A DNA stretch of 64,000 nt from an uncultured Prevotellaceae bacterium (GCA_900318115.1 ONJJ01000021.1:8773-72772); one strand, 5' to 3'; positions 9,364 to 18,706 are shown, counted from the first letter of the stretch. The notes: a model not told the origin generated them from the letters alone. Numbers and translations are program-made.

Positions 9364-12087
9364 CTATTTTTCAATTTTCAGATAAGCTGTTCCACGAATC
9401 GTCTGATGGTCAAAGTGAGACTTAGCCCCCTGGGGGCCTTCTTCCTCTGCGCGTGAGAACTTGGTTCCCACGGCGGGGATGCATGTCAGCAGTGACAGTT
9501 GTCCGTCGGGGAAGGCGGGGTCGACGTTCTTGCTCATGTGCTTAGGCTTCGCGGGGGTGAACAGGTGCAGGAAGACGTTGTCGGTGGCAGAGAGGAGCGT
9601 CAGTTGCTGGCTCTTGCCATGCAGTTGCATCGCCGTGAAATGAGCATAATAGCCTTTGAACTCGGGATAGTCCCACGTCTGACCGGTGATGGTGTTGTTG
9701 TAGTTCTTCTCATGAATGTCGAAGGTCACGCCTTTCAGTCGGTTCTTCCATACGCGGTAAGGCCCGTCGGCCAGCAGCGTTGCGCCCGTGACATCGGCCT
9801 CGGGATAGTCGAAGGTGATACCAGCCAAGTCATAGTCGCCGTCGAGGGTGTAGCTATAGTCCAACCGCAGCCAGCCGTCGGCGAGGGCGGTCCATTGCAG
9901 AGCGGCCTTCGTACTGCCGACTCCGACAAGGCGGGGCTTCAGCAGTGCCTGAACAGCAGCGATGGCGGCCTGGGCTTTCTTGCCTTTGAGCGGTTTCTGC
10001 TTGCCGGACAGCAGTCGTTCTGCCAGTTGCTGCGTGTTTGTGATGGGCCATGTCCATGTATAAATCTCGCGACCGTCGGGGGCTATCGCCGTCAGCGTGA
10101 GCACGTCGGCGAGATGCCAGTCGGCAGGCAGATTGAGTTTAAGAGATGCGCCTTCGGTCCACGGAGCCACGTCGGGCGCCGCCACGCTGACCGTGCGCCT
10201 CTGCTCCTGCTTGATATCCAGAGGTGCGGGATAGTTGACCAGTGTTGCCGTGAACCGGCAGTCGCGCAGGTTGGTGAAATGGTAGCGGTTGCTGACGGTG
10301 AGCACTCCGTCGAAGCGGTCGAAATCGGGTTTCTCGACATGAACGGGCGACCATACCTCTTTAATAGTGAAGAAAGAGCCTTCTTTCTCATGGTGCGGCC
10401 CCAATATGCCGTCGGGAGCCTTGTCATTGAAAACGTCGAGGCTGTCATTCAAGTCATGCCGCACCACGCCTTCATCGGCGAAATCCCAGAGGAATTGTCC
10501 GGCTGCGGTGGGCGTCGTACGCACCATCTCCCAATAGTCTTCCAAGCCTGCTCCGTGTCCGCCGTCGTGAAGGCCATGCAAGCTCTCAGTAGGCATATAG
10601 ACCACGTCGCCACGCGAAGCACGCTCCTTGGCGGGCTGATAGCGGGGGTAATGGTGAGTGTCAACGTCGTCGTAGCGCGACCACGGTTCAACGACATGGC
10701 GTTGCTGAATGTCGAGACGCGCGTACCAGGGACGTGCCGCTTTCGGGAAACCGCCTTCGTTGCCGTTGCTCCAGATGACGATGCTGGGATGGTTGACGTC
10801 ACGCTGAATCATCTCGTGCGCCAATCGGATTGAGGTAGTGTCGTCGTAGGCGCTCTGCCAACCCGCCAGTTCGTCTACGACATAGAGACCGAGCGAGTCG
10901 CACACGTCAAGGAAATACTGGTCGGGCGGGTAATGGCTCATGCGCACGGCATTCATATTCATTTCCTTGATGAGGTTCACGTCCTCGATGGCCAACGTCT
11001 TGCTAATGGTACGTCCACTTTCGGGCCAGAAGGTGTGACGGCACACGCCCTTGAACTTCACCTTGACACCGTTGACATAGAAGCCATCGCGCCGACGGAA
11101 CTCAACGGTACGGAAGCCGAAACGCTTGTCATACGTATGCACGGGACGGCCTTCTTCATAGAGGTTGAAGCGTGCAGTGTATAAGATGGGGGTCTCTGAG
11201 GACCATGCTTTAGGATGGTCTATACGCAAAGACACCCGTGCACTGTCTTTTGCCAGCGCAACGGGCTGAGATTGCTCTACCCTGTTCCCCTTATCATCAA
11301 GGATGGCGACATCGACGGTGTATGGTTCTTTCTTGACAGCGTCCACCCACACGTCAGCCTGTAGCTCGCCAGTATGGCGGGCATCGATGGCCACGTGATC
11401 GATGAATGCGTCAGGCTGTGCTTCCAGATAGACTGGGCGGAAGATGCCGCCGAAAATCCAGTAGTCTGCCCGCCGCTCCGCCTCGTTGACACTCTTGTTG
11501 GCCGACTCCTTGCTGACGATAACCTCCAACTGATTCTCCTGCGGCCTATTCACCAACCGGGTGATGTCGTATTTGAAACGATAGAAAGCTCCCTGATGAA
11601 CGGGGCCTGCCGACTGTCCGTTGACACGAACCTCGGCATCAGTCATCACACCTTCGAAGACGATGAATATCCGCTTGTCATTCCACTGCTGCGGAAGGGT
11701 GAAACGGGTTCGGTAGATGCCCTGCTCGTGATGGGGCGGACGGTCGTGGCCGTAGTTGTAATGGCCAAAGCCTTCCAGTTCCCAGCACGACGGCACGGCG
11801 ATAGTCATCCACTGACCACTACGTGATCCGTCGGTACACATAAACTGCCAGTCGACACGATGGTCTTTGTCGATGCCGGAGAGGTAGAGAGCCTCGGTGG
11901 CCTGAACCTGTTGTGCCGATGCTCGCTGAGTGAAGGCACACTTGTCGATGGCTCGCTGCAACTGCACGGTGCAATTGGCGCGGCCATCGCCCTTGGCACC
12001 CATGTTGGTCACTAAAATATCGTTGGCAGATGCCAAAAAGGAGAGGAGTGAGAGACCTGCTAAAACGATTAACTGTTTCATGAGCAT
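9364..12087 (-). CDS. Glycoside hydrolase family 2 (beta-galactosidase/beta-glucuronidase-like)
   Basis: 907-aa ORF with signal peptide. GH2 TIM-barrel hallmarks ..MNAVRMSHYPPDQYFLDVCDSLGLYVVDE.. and ..NHPSIVIWSNGNEGG... Confidence 0.85.
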   Translation of the reverse strand: MLMKQLIVLAGLSLLSFLASANDILVTNMGAKGDGRANCTVQLQRAIDKCAFTQRASAQQVQATEALYLSGIDKDHRVDWQFMCTDGSRSGQWMTIAVPSCWELEGFGHYNYGHDRPPHHEQGIYRTRFTLPQQWNDKRIFIVFEGVMTDAEVRVNGQSAGPVHQGAFYRFKYDITRLVNRPQENQLEVIVSKESANKSVNEAERRADYWIFGGIFRPVYLEAQPDAFIDHVAIDARHTGELQADVWVDAVKKEPYTVDVAILDDKGNRVEQSQPVALAKDSARVSLRIDHPKAWSSETPILYTARFNLYEEGRPVHTYDKRFGFRTVEFRRRDGFYVNGVKVKFKGVCRHTFWPESGRTISKTLAIEDVNLIKEMNMNAVRMSHYPPDQYFLDVCDSLGLYVVDELAGWQSAYDDTTSIRLAHEMIQRDVNHPSIVIWSNGNEGGFPKAARPWYARLDIQQRHVVEPWSRYDDVDTHHYPRYQPAKERASRGDVVYMPTESLHGLHDGGHGAGLEDYWEMVRTTPTAAGQFLWDFADEGVVRHDLNDSLDVFNDKAPDGILGPHHEKEGSFFTIKEVWSPVHVEKPDFDRFDGVLTVSNRYHFTNLRDCRFTATLVNYPAPLDIKQEQRRTVSVAAPDVAPWTEGASLKLNLPADWHLADVLTLTAIAPDGREIYTWTWPITNTQQLAERLLSGKQKPLKGKKAQAAIAAVQALLKPRLVGVGSTKAALQWTALADGWLRLDYSYTLDGDYDLAGITFDYPEADVTGATLLADGPYRVWKNRLKGVTFDIHEKNYNNTITGQTWDYPEFKGYYAHFTAMQLHGKSQQLTLLSATDNVFLHLFTPAKPKHMSKNVDPAFPDGQLSLLTCIPAVGTKFSRAEEEGPQGAKSHFDHQTIRGTAYLKIEK

Positions 12088-12216
12088 TTTATGTTTTTTT
12101 CGGAGTTCCGAGGGGACATACAGGTATCAATTTATTTCGGGGATGAAACGGAGGGTATAGGTGAGAATTGCCCTAAGGTTCATAAGCAGTTCGTGTATTT
12201 TATGAGGTTCTGTTGA

Positions 12217-14835
12217 TTATTGAAATGCTTTTTGCTGGCGCTCCACCTCGTCGAGATGTTCGCGAGTGACCTGCGTCGCAGAAGACACGTGAGGGTTGAT
12301 GTGGCGCACGGTGGTCTGAGGCGCATCGGTATTGGGAGTGGCTCGCACATCATAAAGCAAAGGGAAGGTTGGAGCTACGGAGGCGAGGGTAATCTCAGCG
12401 GGGGCTATGCTGGCGTTGCCCTCATAGACGAGCTGTGCTCTCACGCGGATAGTGCCGGGTGTCGTGGTGGCACGAAGCAGAATAGGAGCGGTGCCGAAGC
12501 TGACGCTGACGGGGTTGCCGCCATTCTGCTCGTTGCCAAGAAGTTGGCCTTCACCTTCTACGGTGAAGAGGATGCGTTCGTTGTTGAGCCGACGCACGTT
12601 GCCGTAAGCATCCTCGACAGAACAAATGATGGTGACAAGGTCACTGCCGTCGGCTTGCAGTGGTTCACCGCCATCATCAACATGGAGTTGCAGACGTGCG
12701 GGGCGGCGGGCAGGAAAACGTTTGTGGGTCGCCACGACCTCACCACCCATGAAACCTTCGGCCAGATAGTAGTCGTCCGTACCACGGTTACGGCTGTGAT
12801 TCATATCGTCGATGTAGCTCCATGCGTCAGGAAAAGTGAGGATGGGGCTGGGCATGGACAGATGCTCGCGGTCGGGACACAGGGTCATCACTTGCCCGCC
12901 CTTGCGGATGGTCAGGCGTACAGAATCGCAGTTGCTATACACGGTGACGTCTGCGGGCGAGAAGGGAGTGAGTTCGTTGGCAATGAACACAATGGGGTGT
13001 TCCCGCTGCTGAGAGGCGAAGAGGTAGTAGGCGTATTTCTCCTGACGAAAGGCGTCGAAGAGTCCGCTATAAAGCGGATCGGGGTGGTAGCCGCGCTGGT
13101 ATTCAAAGGGATGCCAGAGGCAGCCGCCAAGGTGTTTCCGTGGCATCTGCCAAAGGGTCTCAATGGAGGTGTACTGATAGGGCGGATTGCCGTAGTGGAG
13201 TGCTTGTAGCAATTGCGGCACCTCGCCCCAGGCCCGTGCGGCACGGCCGATGGAGTTCTGGGAATTCCAGTCATCGACGATGTCGCCGAACTCGCGGGTG
13301 AAATAGGTCTTGGTGGTGTCCTCCTCCTTGTCGGACCAGCCGGGGTTGCCCGTAGGCGGATGACAGTACCAGACGTCGAAGTGCTCCCGCCCGCTCTGTC
13401 GGCTATCGCAGGCACAGGCTATGGGTGCCCATGGATATTCCTCATGCACTGTACGTACAGCACTGACGGCAAAGGTGTCGGGAAAGTTGGTCTCGTTCAG
13501 AATAGGCTCGAACATGAGCAGGCAAGGGTGGTTACGGTCACGCCGCATAATCTGGCGGATGTCGTCATAGACGTGGGCGGCAAAAGCCGGGTCGCCGTTC
13601 CAGTACTGCCAGCCTGGCGTAGCCTCGATGACGAAGAGGCCGAGCTCGTCGCAGGCATCCATGAAAGCCGGATCCTGCGGGTAGTGGGCGTTGCGGATAA
13701 TGGTCATGCCAGCGGAACGTAGCTTCTGGGCATCGCGGCGGTGATGGCTGTTGGTCATGGCATTGCCCACGACAGCAAAGTCCTGATGGCGGTTGCCGCC
13801 GATTAGCTTAGGTTCGTAGGGTTTGCCGTTCAGCCACAGACCGTCATTCCCACGGAACTCGACACTGCGGATGCCGATGCGCTGACGGTAGCCGTCAACG
13901 ATGCGCCCACGGGCATCCTTCACGCGCACGTATATATAATATAGGTTTGGGGTCTCGGGAGTCCAGAGAGCGGGCTGCCGGACTGTCATCGCACCGCAGA
14001 CGGTCTGCGCACTATTCTGAGGGATATCGAGCGACTTGCTCAGGCGGGCCGCGCTGTGCCCGTCGGGCGACTGAAGCCATAGCTCAGCTTTGCCATGGAA
14101 GCGGTTTGACAGGTCGTTGCGCACGTGCAGGGAGATGTTGACATTGGCCTGTTTGTCGGACACGTTGGCGCAGCTCACCGTCAGTCCTCCGCCCGCCGTG
14201 ATGTGCTCCACATTGGGGTCTGTGATGTAAGTCTTGGAGGTGGCTATGAGCCAGCAGTCGCGGTAGATGCCACCGAAGTAGGCGAAGTCGAGCTGCGACT
14301 GAGGCTTGCCCGGCGGATAGCTGCCATCATCGCTGTTGTCGGCACGCACGGCCAGCAGATTCTCGCCATCTATGCGCAGGCGGTCGGTCACATCAACGAT
14401 GACTGGCAGATAGCCGCCCGTGTGCTCCACGAGGCGTTCGCCATTGAGCCACACCTCAGAGCGGCCCATGATGGCCTCGAAGTGGATGAAGAGTTTCTTT
14501 CCATGAGCATCCTTTGGAGCCTCGAAATGCTTGCGATACCAGACAGGACCTTGGTAGTTCTTTCCGCCACTGGCATCCTGTGGCAGCAGTTCAATGCCAT
14601 TGGGCAGACTCACCTGCATCCAGCCGCTATCGTTGAGCGATATGGACGCCCCGTCAGCCACATCGCCGCGATGCAACAACCAGCCGGGATTCATCGACCA
14701 CACGCTACGCCCCATGCCCTCCACGACAAAGAAACCTGCGACACTCGTGGCGGCGGGAATGTTTGAGGACATTGCCCACACAGGAACATGCAGGAGTGAG
14801 CAAAACAGCAGTGCAAAGACAATAGTTTTTTTCAT
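12217..14835 (-). CDS. Glycoside hydrolase family 2, second paralogue
   Basis: GH2 hallmarks ..MTIIRNAHYPQDPAFMDACDELGLFVIEA.. and ..NHPCLLMFEPILNE... Start moved from the track (14859) to ATG 14835 (MKKTIVFALLFCSLL signal peptide), which removes the overlap with the upstream ORF. Confidence 0.85.
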   Translation of the reverse strand: MKKTIVFALLFCSLLHVPVWAMSSNIPAATSVAGFFVVEGMGRSVWSMNPGWLLHRGDVADGASISLNDSGWMQVSLPNGIELLPQDASGGKNYQGPVWYRKHFEAPKDAHGKKLFIHFEAIMGRSEVWLNGERLVEHTGGYLPVIVDVTDRLRIDGENLLAVRADNSDDGSYPPGKPQSQLDFAYFGGIYRDCWLIATSKTYITDPNVEHITAGGGLTVSCANVSDKQANVNISLHVRNDLSNRFHGKAELWLQSPDGHSAARLSKSLDIPQNSAQTVCGAMTVRQPALWTPETPNLYYIYVRVKDARGRIVDGYRQRIGIRSVEFRGNDGLWLNGKPYEPKLIGGNRHQDFAVVGNAMTNSHHRRDAQKLRSAGMTIIRNAHYPQDPAFMDACDELGLFVIEATPGWQYWNGDPAFAAHVYDDIRQIMRRDRNHPCLLMFEPILNETNFPDTFAVSAVRTVHEEYPWAPIACACDSRQSGREHFDVWYCHPPTGNPGWSDKEEDTTKTYFTREFGDIVDDWNSQNSIGRAARAWGEVPQLLQALHYGNPPYQYTSIETLWQMPRKHLGGCLWHPFEYQRGYHPDPLYSGLFDAFRQEKYAYYLFASQQREHPIVFIANELTPFSPADVTVYSNCDSVRLTIRKGGQVMTLCPDREHLSMPSPILTFPDAWSYIDDMNHSRNRGTDDYYLAEGFMGGEVVATHKRFPARRPARLQLHVDDGGEPLQADGSDLVTIICSVEDAYGNVRRLNNERILFTVEGEGQLLGNEQNGGNPVSVSFGTAPILLRATTTPGTIRVRAQLVYEGNASIAPAEITLASVAPTFPLLYDVRATPNTDAPQTTVRHINPHVSSATQVTREHLDEVERQQKAFQ

Positions 14836-14842
14836 CGGCTCT

Positions 14843-15772
14843 TTACGGTTTGACAACAAACTTCTTCTTTTTCGTCACGTAGATACCCTGAGGTAATTTC
14901 TTCAAGCGTGAAGCGTTCCTCTTGGCCGAGCGACCCTTTACCACTTCTCGTCCACTGAGGTCGTAACATTTACCATTTGACAATTTGCCATTTACCATTT
15001 CGGCCGCTTGGACACCCGTCATCGGGCTGTCGAGCGTGGCGAGGTCGATGATCAGTTGTCGGTTTTCCGGCAGATAGGCCGTGTTGGCCTTGATGGTGGT
15101 CTTGGTGGTGAGTGGATAGAAACCGAGGCCGTCTGTTCCCGCTTTCAGCACGGGCATATAACCTTCGTAGCACAGCAGTCCGTCGCCCTTCGTGACCAGC
15201 GTGGCCTCCAGCGTGTGGGTCCTCGTGATGACGCGCCACAGGCCTGCCGAATCGATGCTCATGGCGTGGACGTCCCTGTCTGCCACCAACTCGGCGGTCA
15301 GCTTCTGGAAGCGGTGCTGGAGGGCGTTGTAGGCGAAGTAGCCCTTGTCAGGTGTCAGCACCACGACGTCGCCCCGCGGCCACACGGCCACACGGTAGGC
15401 CCCGGTGAACTCGGTGTGGTGTTCACGCCGCCCCGAAGTCATATCCCAGCAGTCCAACCCGAAATTGGTGGTCATCCAAACTGTGCCGTCGGCAGCGCCG
15501 TCGATGCTGCGAACCATGACGCCAGCTTCTGCCCACACCTCTGGGCGGTCGGCAAAGGCCACAGACGTACCGTTGCCGTCGAGAATACTCAGTCCGCTGT
15601 ACGTACCCGCCCAGACAAAGCCACGCACATCCTGATACAGCGAAAGGACAAACATCGACGACAGACCGTCGCGGGTATCAACGAAGCGCATGGTCTGACC
15701 GGCTGCTGGGCCGACAGACAACCAGAGGAGCAGCAAAAGACGAAGAAATGAACGGATACGGGAGTGGAACAT
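14843..15772 (-). CDS. Chimeric ORF: signal peptide plus partial two-component-regulator beta-propeller fused to a T9SS-type C-terminal tail; possibly a gene remnant
   Basis: The N-terminus MFHSRIRSFLRLLLLLWLSV..TRDGLSSMFVLSLYQDVRGFVWAGTYSGLSILDG matches the Reg_prop repeat of hybrid two-component sensors. The C-terminus ..GFYPLTTKTTIKANTAYL..CYDLSGREVV..LPQGIYVTKKKKFVVKP resembles a T9SS sorting tail. The track start is GTG 15787; I prefer ATG 15772. Confidence 0.5.
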   Translation of the reverse strand: MFHSRIRSFLRLLLLLWLSVGPAAGQTMRFVDTRDGLSSMFVLSLYQDVRGFVWAGTYSGLSILDGNGTSVAFADRPEVWAEAGVMVRSIDGAADGTVWMTTNFGLDCWDMTSGRREHHTEFTGAYRVAVWPRGDVVVLTPDKGYFAYNALQHRFQKLTAELVADRDVHAMSIDSAGLWRVITRTHTLEATLVTKGDGLLCYEGYMPVLKAGTDGLGFYPLTTKTTIKANTAYLPENRQLIIDLATLDSPMTGVQAAEMVNGKLSNGKCYDLSGREVVKGRSAKRNASRLKKLPQGIYVTKKKKFVVKP

Positions 15773-15806
15773 TGTCAGTAAAGGCACTTTTGGAGGTTTG
15801 TCGCTG

Positions 15807-15814
15807 CAAAGATA
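15807..15814 (-). promoter_or_regulatory. Candidate -7 promoter box (TATCTTTG) for the chimeric ORF / GH2 operon
   Basis: Minus-strand TATCTTTG, about 35 nt upstream of ATG 15772. It sits between the arms of a perfect 13-bp inverted repeat. Confidence 0.35.
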
Positions 15815-15926
15815 GGTATTTCTGCCTTCACACGTACAAAATAAGTCCCCAAAAGTGCCTTCGTGGCCGCAATTCGTACAATTATGACCTCATTTCATGC
15901 AGAATTTGTCACCAACAGCGCTTTAG

Positions 15927-17255
15927 TTACAAGTGCTGCAGCGCTTCGACGGGTCGCTTGCGGCAGGTTCGCCAGGCAGGGACGAGGATGCCGAGGGTGA
16001 CGACAGCGAGGAGGATAAGGTACTGGATGACACAGATGACGAGGTAGTGTATCCAGAAGATTTCCACCCAATTGCGCTCCCGTCCCGTGCCGCTCATGCT
16101 TAGGCCATCGGAGAGGTCCATGTTGATGGCGAACTGGAACCAGATGAGCTGGCCGACGATGCAGGCCAGCAGGGTCAGCAGCGCGGCCTCGCCCCATACC
16201 ATACAGAAGATGTCGCGGCGCTTGGCGCCAAAACTGCGCATGATGCCGATGTCCTCCGTGCGCTTGCGCAGCTGCAGCCAGAAAGTGCCGAGTGTGCCCA
16301 GCACCACGTTCAGCAGGAATAGGGCAAGGAGGATTCCGAGGAGGGTGTTGGTGAGGTTGTAGTCTCTGTTGCCACTCCATGACGACAGCCAATCTTTATA
16401 GGTCTGGAGAGAGTAGAGGAAGTGATTGCCGGCTTGTAGCAGAGAGGCGCTGCTTCGACCGTCGGGAAAACCGACGGGCACACTGACGGTTTGGTAGTGA
16501 TTGATGAAGGCTTCTGCATCGGCTTCGGGCTTCAGTCGAATGAGCATCTGCGGGGTTGCATACTCTTGGATTACAGGAGTCAGAATGGAATAGGCATAGC
16601 GATCATTCTGCTGCAAGCGGAAATCCTCCACGACGCCCGCGATGGTGTAGCGGCTGACGATGACCGGCCCGCCTTGCTCCTGCAGCGCACGGTCGCTGAA
16701 GTCCCATTCCACCATGCGGCGGCCCACTACTTGGTCGGTACCAAAGATGGCCTGTGCCAGGCTGCGGGTGATGACCACGCCGCCCTCCGGACATTCCTCG
16801 GAAAGTACTCTCGCCGAAGGGCTGCCCTCGATAGGCGTCAAACCTTGCGTCTCGAAGTACTGCTCATGCAGCAGGAAACCCTGCATGTAGGCTCCGCAAC
16901 GGCGAGTGGAGTCGGCCTCAGAAGCATAGGAACTGGTATGGTAGGTACCTTGGCCAATGATGTGACTGGTGAAGCCTGCATACTGAACCTCGGGCAGAGC
17001 ACGAATCTGGTCGCGCAGGGCATAGAGGGAAGCCTCACCCACGGAAGACGAATTGGGACTGAAGTCCTTGATTCCCGTCTGCCCCACCAACAAGTGCTCC
17101 TTCTCGAACTCCCCGGCGGGACGACAAAAGTATGTGTCGAAGGTGGTTACGACGAAGTGGTCAATGAAGTAGAAACTGAGGACGGTGATGAGGATAATCT
17201 CAGCAAAGACCCAGCCGTTCTGACGGCGATGGGACCAGAGGTTCTTGAGTATCAT
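15927..17255 (-). CDS. FtsX/MacB-type ABC permease, type-2 paralogue (third pair)
   Basis: FtsX block ..IGIMRSFGAKRRDIFCMVWGEAALLTLL..VPAWRTCRKRPVEALQHL. TM1 is WVFAEIILITVLSFYF. The start is set at ATG 17255, which overlaps the upstream stop as ATGA. The 86 extra codons of track ORF 15927..17513 overlap the preceding gene. Confidence 0.85.
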   Translation of the reverse strand: MILKNLWSHRRQNGWVFAEIILITVLSFYFIDHFVVTTFDTYFCRPAGEFEKEHLLVGQTGIKDFSPNSSSVGEASLYALRDQIRALPEVQYAGFTSHIIGQGTYHTSSYASEADSTRRCGAYMQGFLLHEQYFETQGLTPIEGSPSARVLSEECPEGGVVITRSLAQAIFGTDQVVGRRMVEWDFSDRALQEQGGPVIVSRYTIAGVVEDFRLQQNDRYAYSILTPVIQEYATPQMLIRLKPEADAEAFINHYQTVSVPVGFPDGRSSASLLQAGNHFLYSLQTYKDWLSSWSGNRDYNLTNTLLGILLALFLLNVVLGTLGTFWLQLRKRTEDIGIMRSFGAKRRDIFCMVWGEAALLTLLACIVGQLIWFQFAINMDLSDGLSMSGTGRERNWVEIFWIHYLVICVIQYLILLAVVTLGILVPAWRTCRKRPVEALQHL

Positions 17256-18625
17256 TTCTTCTGGTTTAGCGATTCGACAATAGGTTTGCGTAGTGAGGTC
17301 CATGACGGTATGAGGGCGACCATGAGATTCAGGACGACACAGCAGAGAAAGACGATGAGGAAGAGGGCGGGCGTTACGAACATGTTGAAATCCAATGTGA
17401 TGTCGCCTGTGAGGTTGCCTTCGCGGAGGATGAGCGCCTGGAACATCGCCGTATGGCGGACGGCCAGATAGAACAGCCATGAGAGCACCCATCCTACGAG
17501 GCCGCCGCAGCACGTCAGGACGAGGTTCTCGCGAATGACCTCGCGCAGCAGCTTGCGCCGCTTGGCGCCGAATGCTTTGCGTATGCCCATCTCTGCCCGC
17601 CGCGCTTCCATGCGGTTGCTGATGAGACCGCTGAGGTTCAGGGCTGGCAGCAGCAGAAAGATAAGCATCAGGATGGCGGGCGGCATCAGGTTCTTGGCTT
17701 TGTCGGAAGTGGACTCGTCATCGGAGTGGAAGAAACTGAAGCACACAAAGAAATGTGACTTAACATCTACCGCGAAGTGTACGGGCTCGCCTTCGGCTGA
17801 ACTCTGTGCCGCCTCGTAGCGTCGGCACAGCGGTTCCAACTCCTTCATGAAATCGTTGCGCGAATAGCCATTCTTCAGCAGCAAGCGCACGCTGAGGTTT
17901 CCTTTGTAGCTGGTAGGATTAGCCTCAGTATGGCTTAACTCTTTGCCAAGGTAAGGGGCATAGAACTCGGCATAGGAGGCGTCCATCATGGGGCTGGCAC
18001 TCTTGACGATGCCGATGATGCGGTAGGGGATGGAGTTGATGTAAAGGGTGGGCACGGGGGTGGGCTGTTGGGGATTGGGATGGGTTATCCCAATCTTCTC
18101 CAAGAACTTATCCGTCACCACACACACAGGCTCCCCGTTGCGGAACTCCTGTTCGTTGAAAGGGCGGCCCTCGAGGAACTGGAAGTCATAGAGTTGGAAG
18201 AAACGGGGATCGCAGTACAAGGCACGCAGATTGCTTTCCAGCGGAAGAGGAGCCGACGGAACCGAATCCATCCGGAAGAACTCATAGTTATTTCTAAAAA
18301 GCCCCGTTGCCACCTCCACACTCTCCAGTTTGCTGAACAATTCATCCACGGCGAGGGTGCTGCAGCCCGTGTACATCGGACCGTCCACTTCGTTGTCCTT
18401 GTATTGCAAGGCGGTGACATAAAGTGTGCGGTCGCGGTGCGTCTCCGGGTAGATATTCGCCATCTTGATGTTTAGCATGATGGCTACGACCATGGCGGAC
18501 GCTATTGCCACCGCCGTGCCTGCGATGTAGATGGCAAAGGCAATAAAGTCGGACTCTCCCCCCGCCCTCCCTATAAGGGAGGGAGCAGAATGTATTAGAC
18601 TGGATGTATTCGTATTCGTTTTCAT
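17252..18625 (-). CDS. FtsX/MacB-type ABC permease, type-1 paralogue (third pair), with repeat-encoded N-terminus
   Basis: C-terminal block ..MGIRKAFGAKRRKLLREVIRENLVLT..IPSWTSLRKPIVESLNQKK aligns with the other type-1 modules. The N-terminus MKTNTNTSSLIHSAPSLIGRAGGES is encoded by the palindromic cassette. Confidence 0.85.
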   Translation of the reverse strand: MKTNTNTSSLIHSAPSLIGRAGGESDFIAFAIYIAGTAVAIASAMVVAIMLNIKMANIYPETHRDRTLYVTALQYKDNEVDGPMYTGCSTLAVDELFSKLESVEVATGLFRNNYEFFRMDSVPSAPLPLESNLRALYCDPRFFQLYDFQFLEGRPFNEQEFRNGEPVCVVTDKFLEKIGITHPNPQQPTPVPTLYINSIPYRIIGIVKSASPMMDASYAEFYAPYLGKELSHTEANPTSYKGNLSVRLLLKNGYSRNDFMKELEPLCRRYEAAQSSAEGEPVHFAVDVKSHFFVCFSFFHSDDESTSDKAKNLMPPAILMLIFLLLPALNLSGLISNRMEARRAEMGIRKAFGAKRRKLLREVIRENLVLTCCGGLVGWVLSWLFYLAVRHTAMFQALILREGNLTGDITLDFNMFVTPALFLIVFLCCVVLNLMVALIPSWTSLRKPIVESLNQKK

Positions 18626-18706
18626 TTATGTTTATTGGCATTTAATATGTTTTCAAATCTTGAAGGTAACCACTCCCTCCCTCACAGGGAGGGCGGGGAG
18701 TGGGTC
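18551..18706. repeat. Composite palindromic cassette (two inward-facing ~36-nt GC-rich hairpin units plus 84-nt AT-rich spacer carrying a start codon)
   Basis: Units GGACTCTCCCCCCGCCCTCCCTATAAGGGAGGGAGC (18551-18586) and CACTCCCTCCCTCACAGGGAGGGCGGGGAGTGGGTC (18671-18706). ATG 18625 lies in the spacer. Alignable with 24162-24322. Confidence 0.85.

Noticed and set aside
15781-15861. Recombinase-driven invertible promoter (phase-variation switch) at the 13-bp inverted repeat
   Set aside because: Only 55 bp separate the arms, which is much shorter than the known invertible segments I am aware of (roughly 170 bp and up). No recombinase gene is nearby. I keep it as an RNA-structure or operator candidate instead.
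17256-17513. N-terminal 86 codons of track ORF 15927..17513
   Set aside because: They overlap the 3' end of the preceding permease in another frame and are Arg/Pro/His-rich. The paralogue alignment and the ATGA overlap support ATG 17255. The same logic removes 25690..25755 from ORF 24328..25755, which would run through the sigma-54 promoter.
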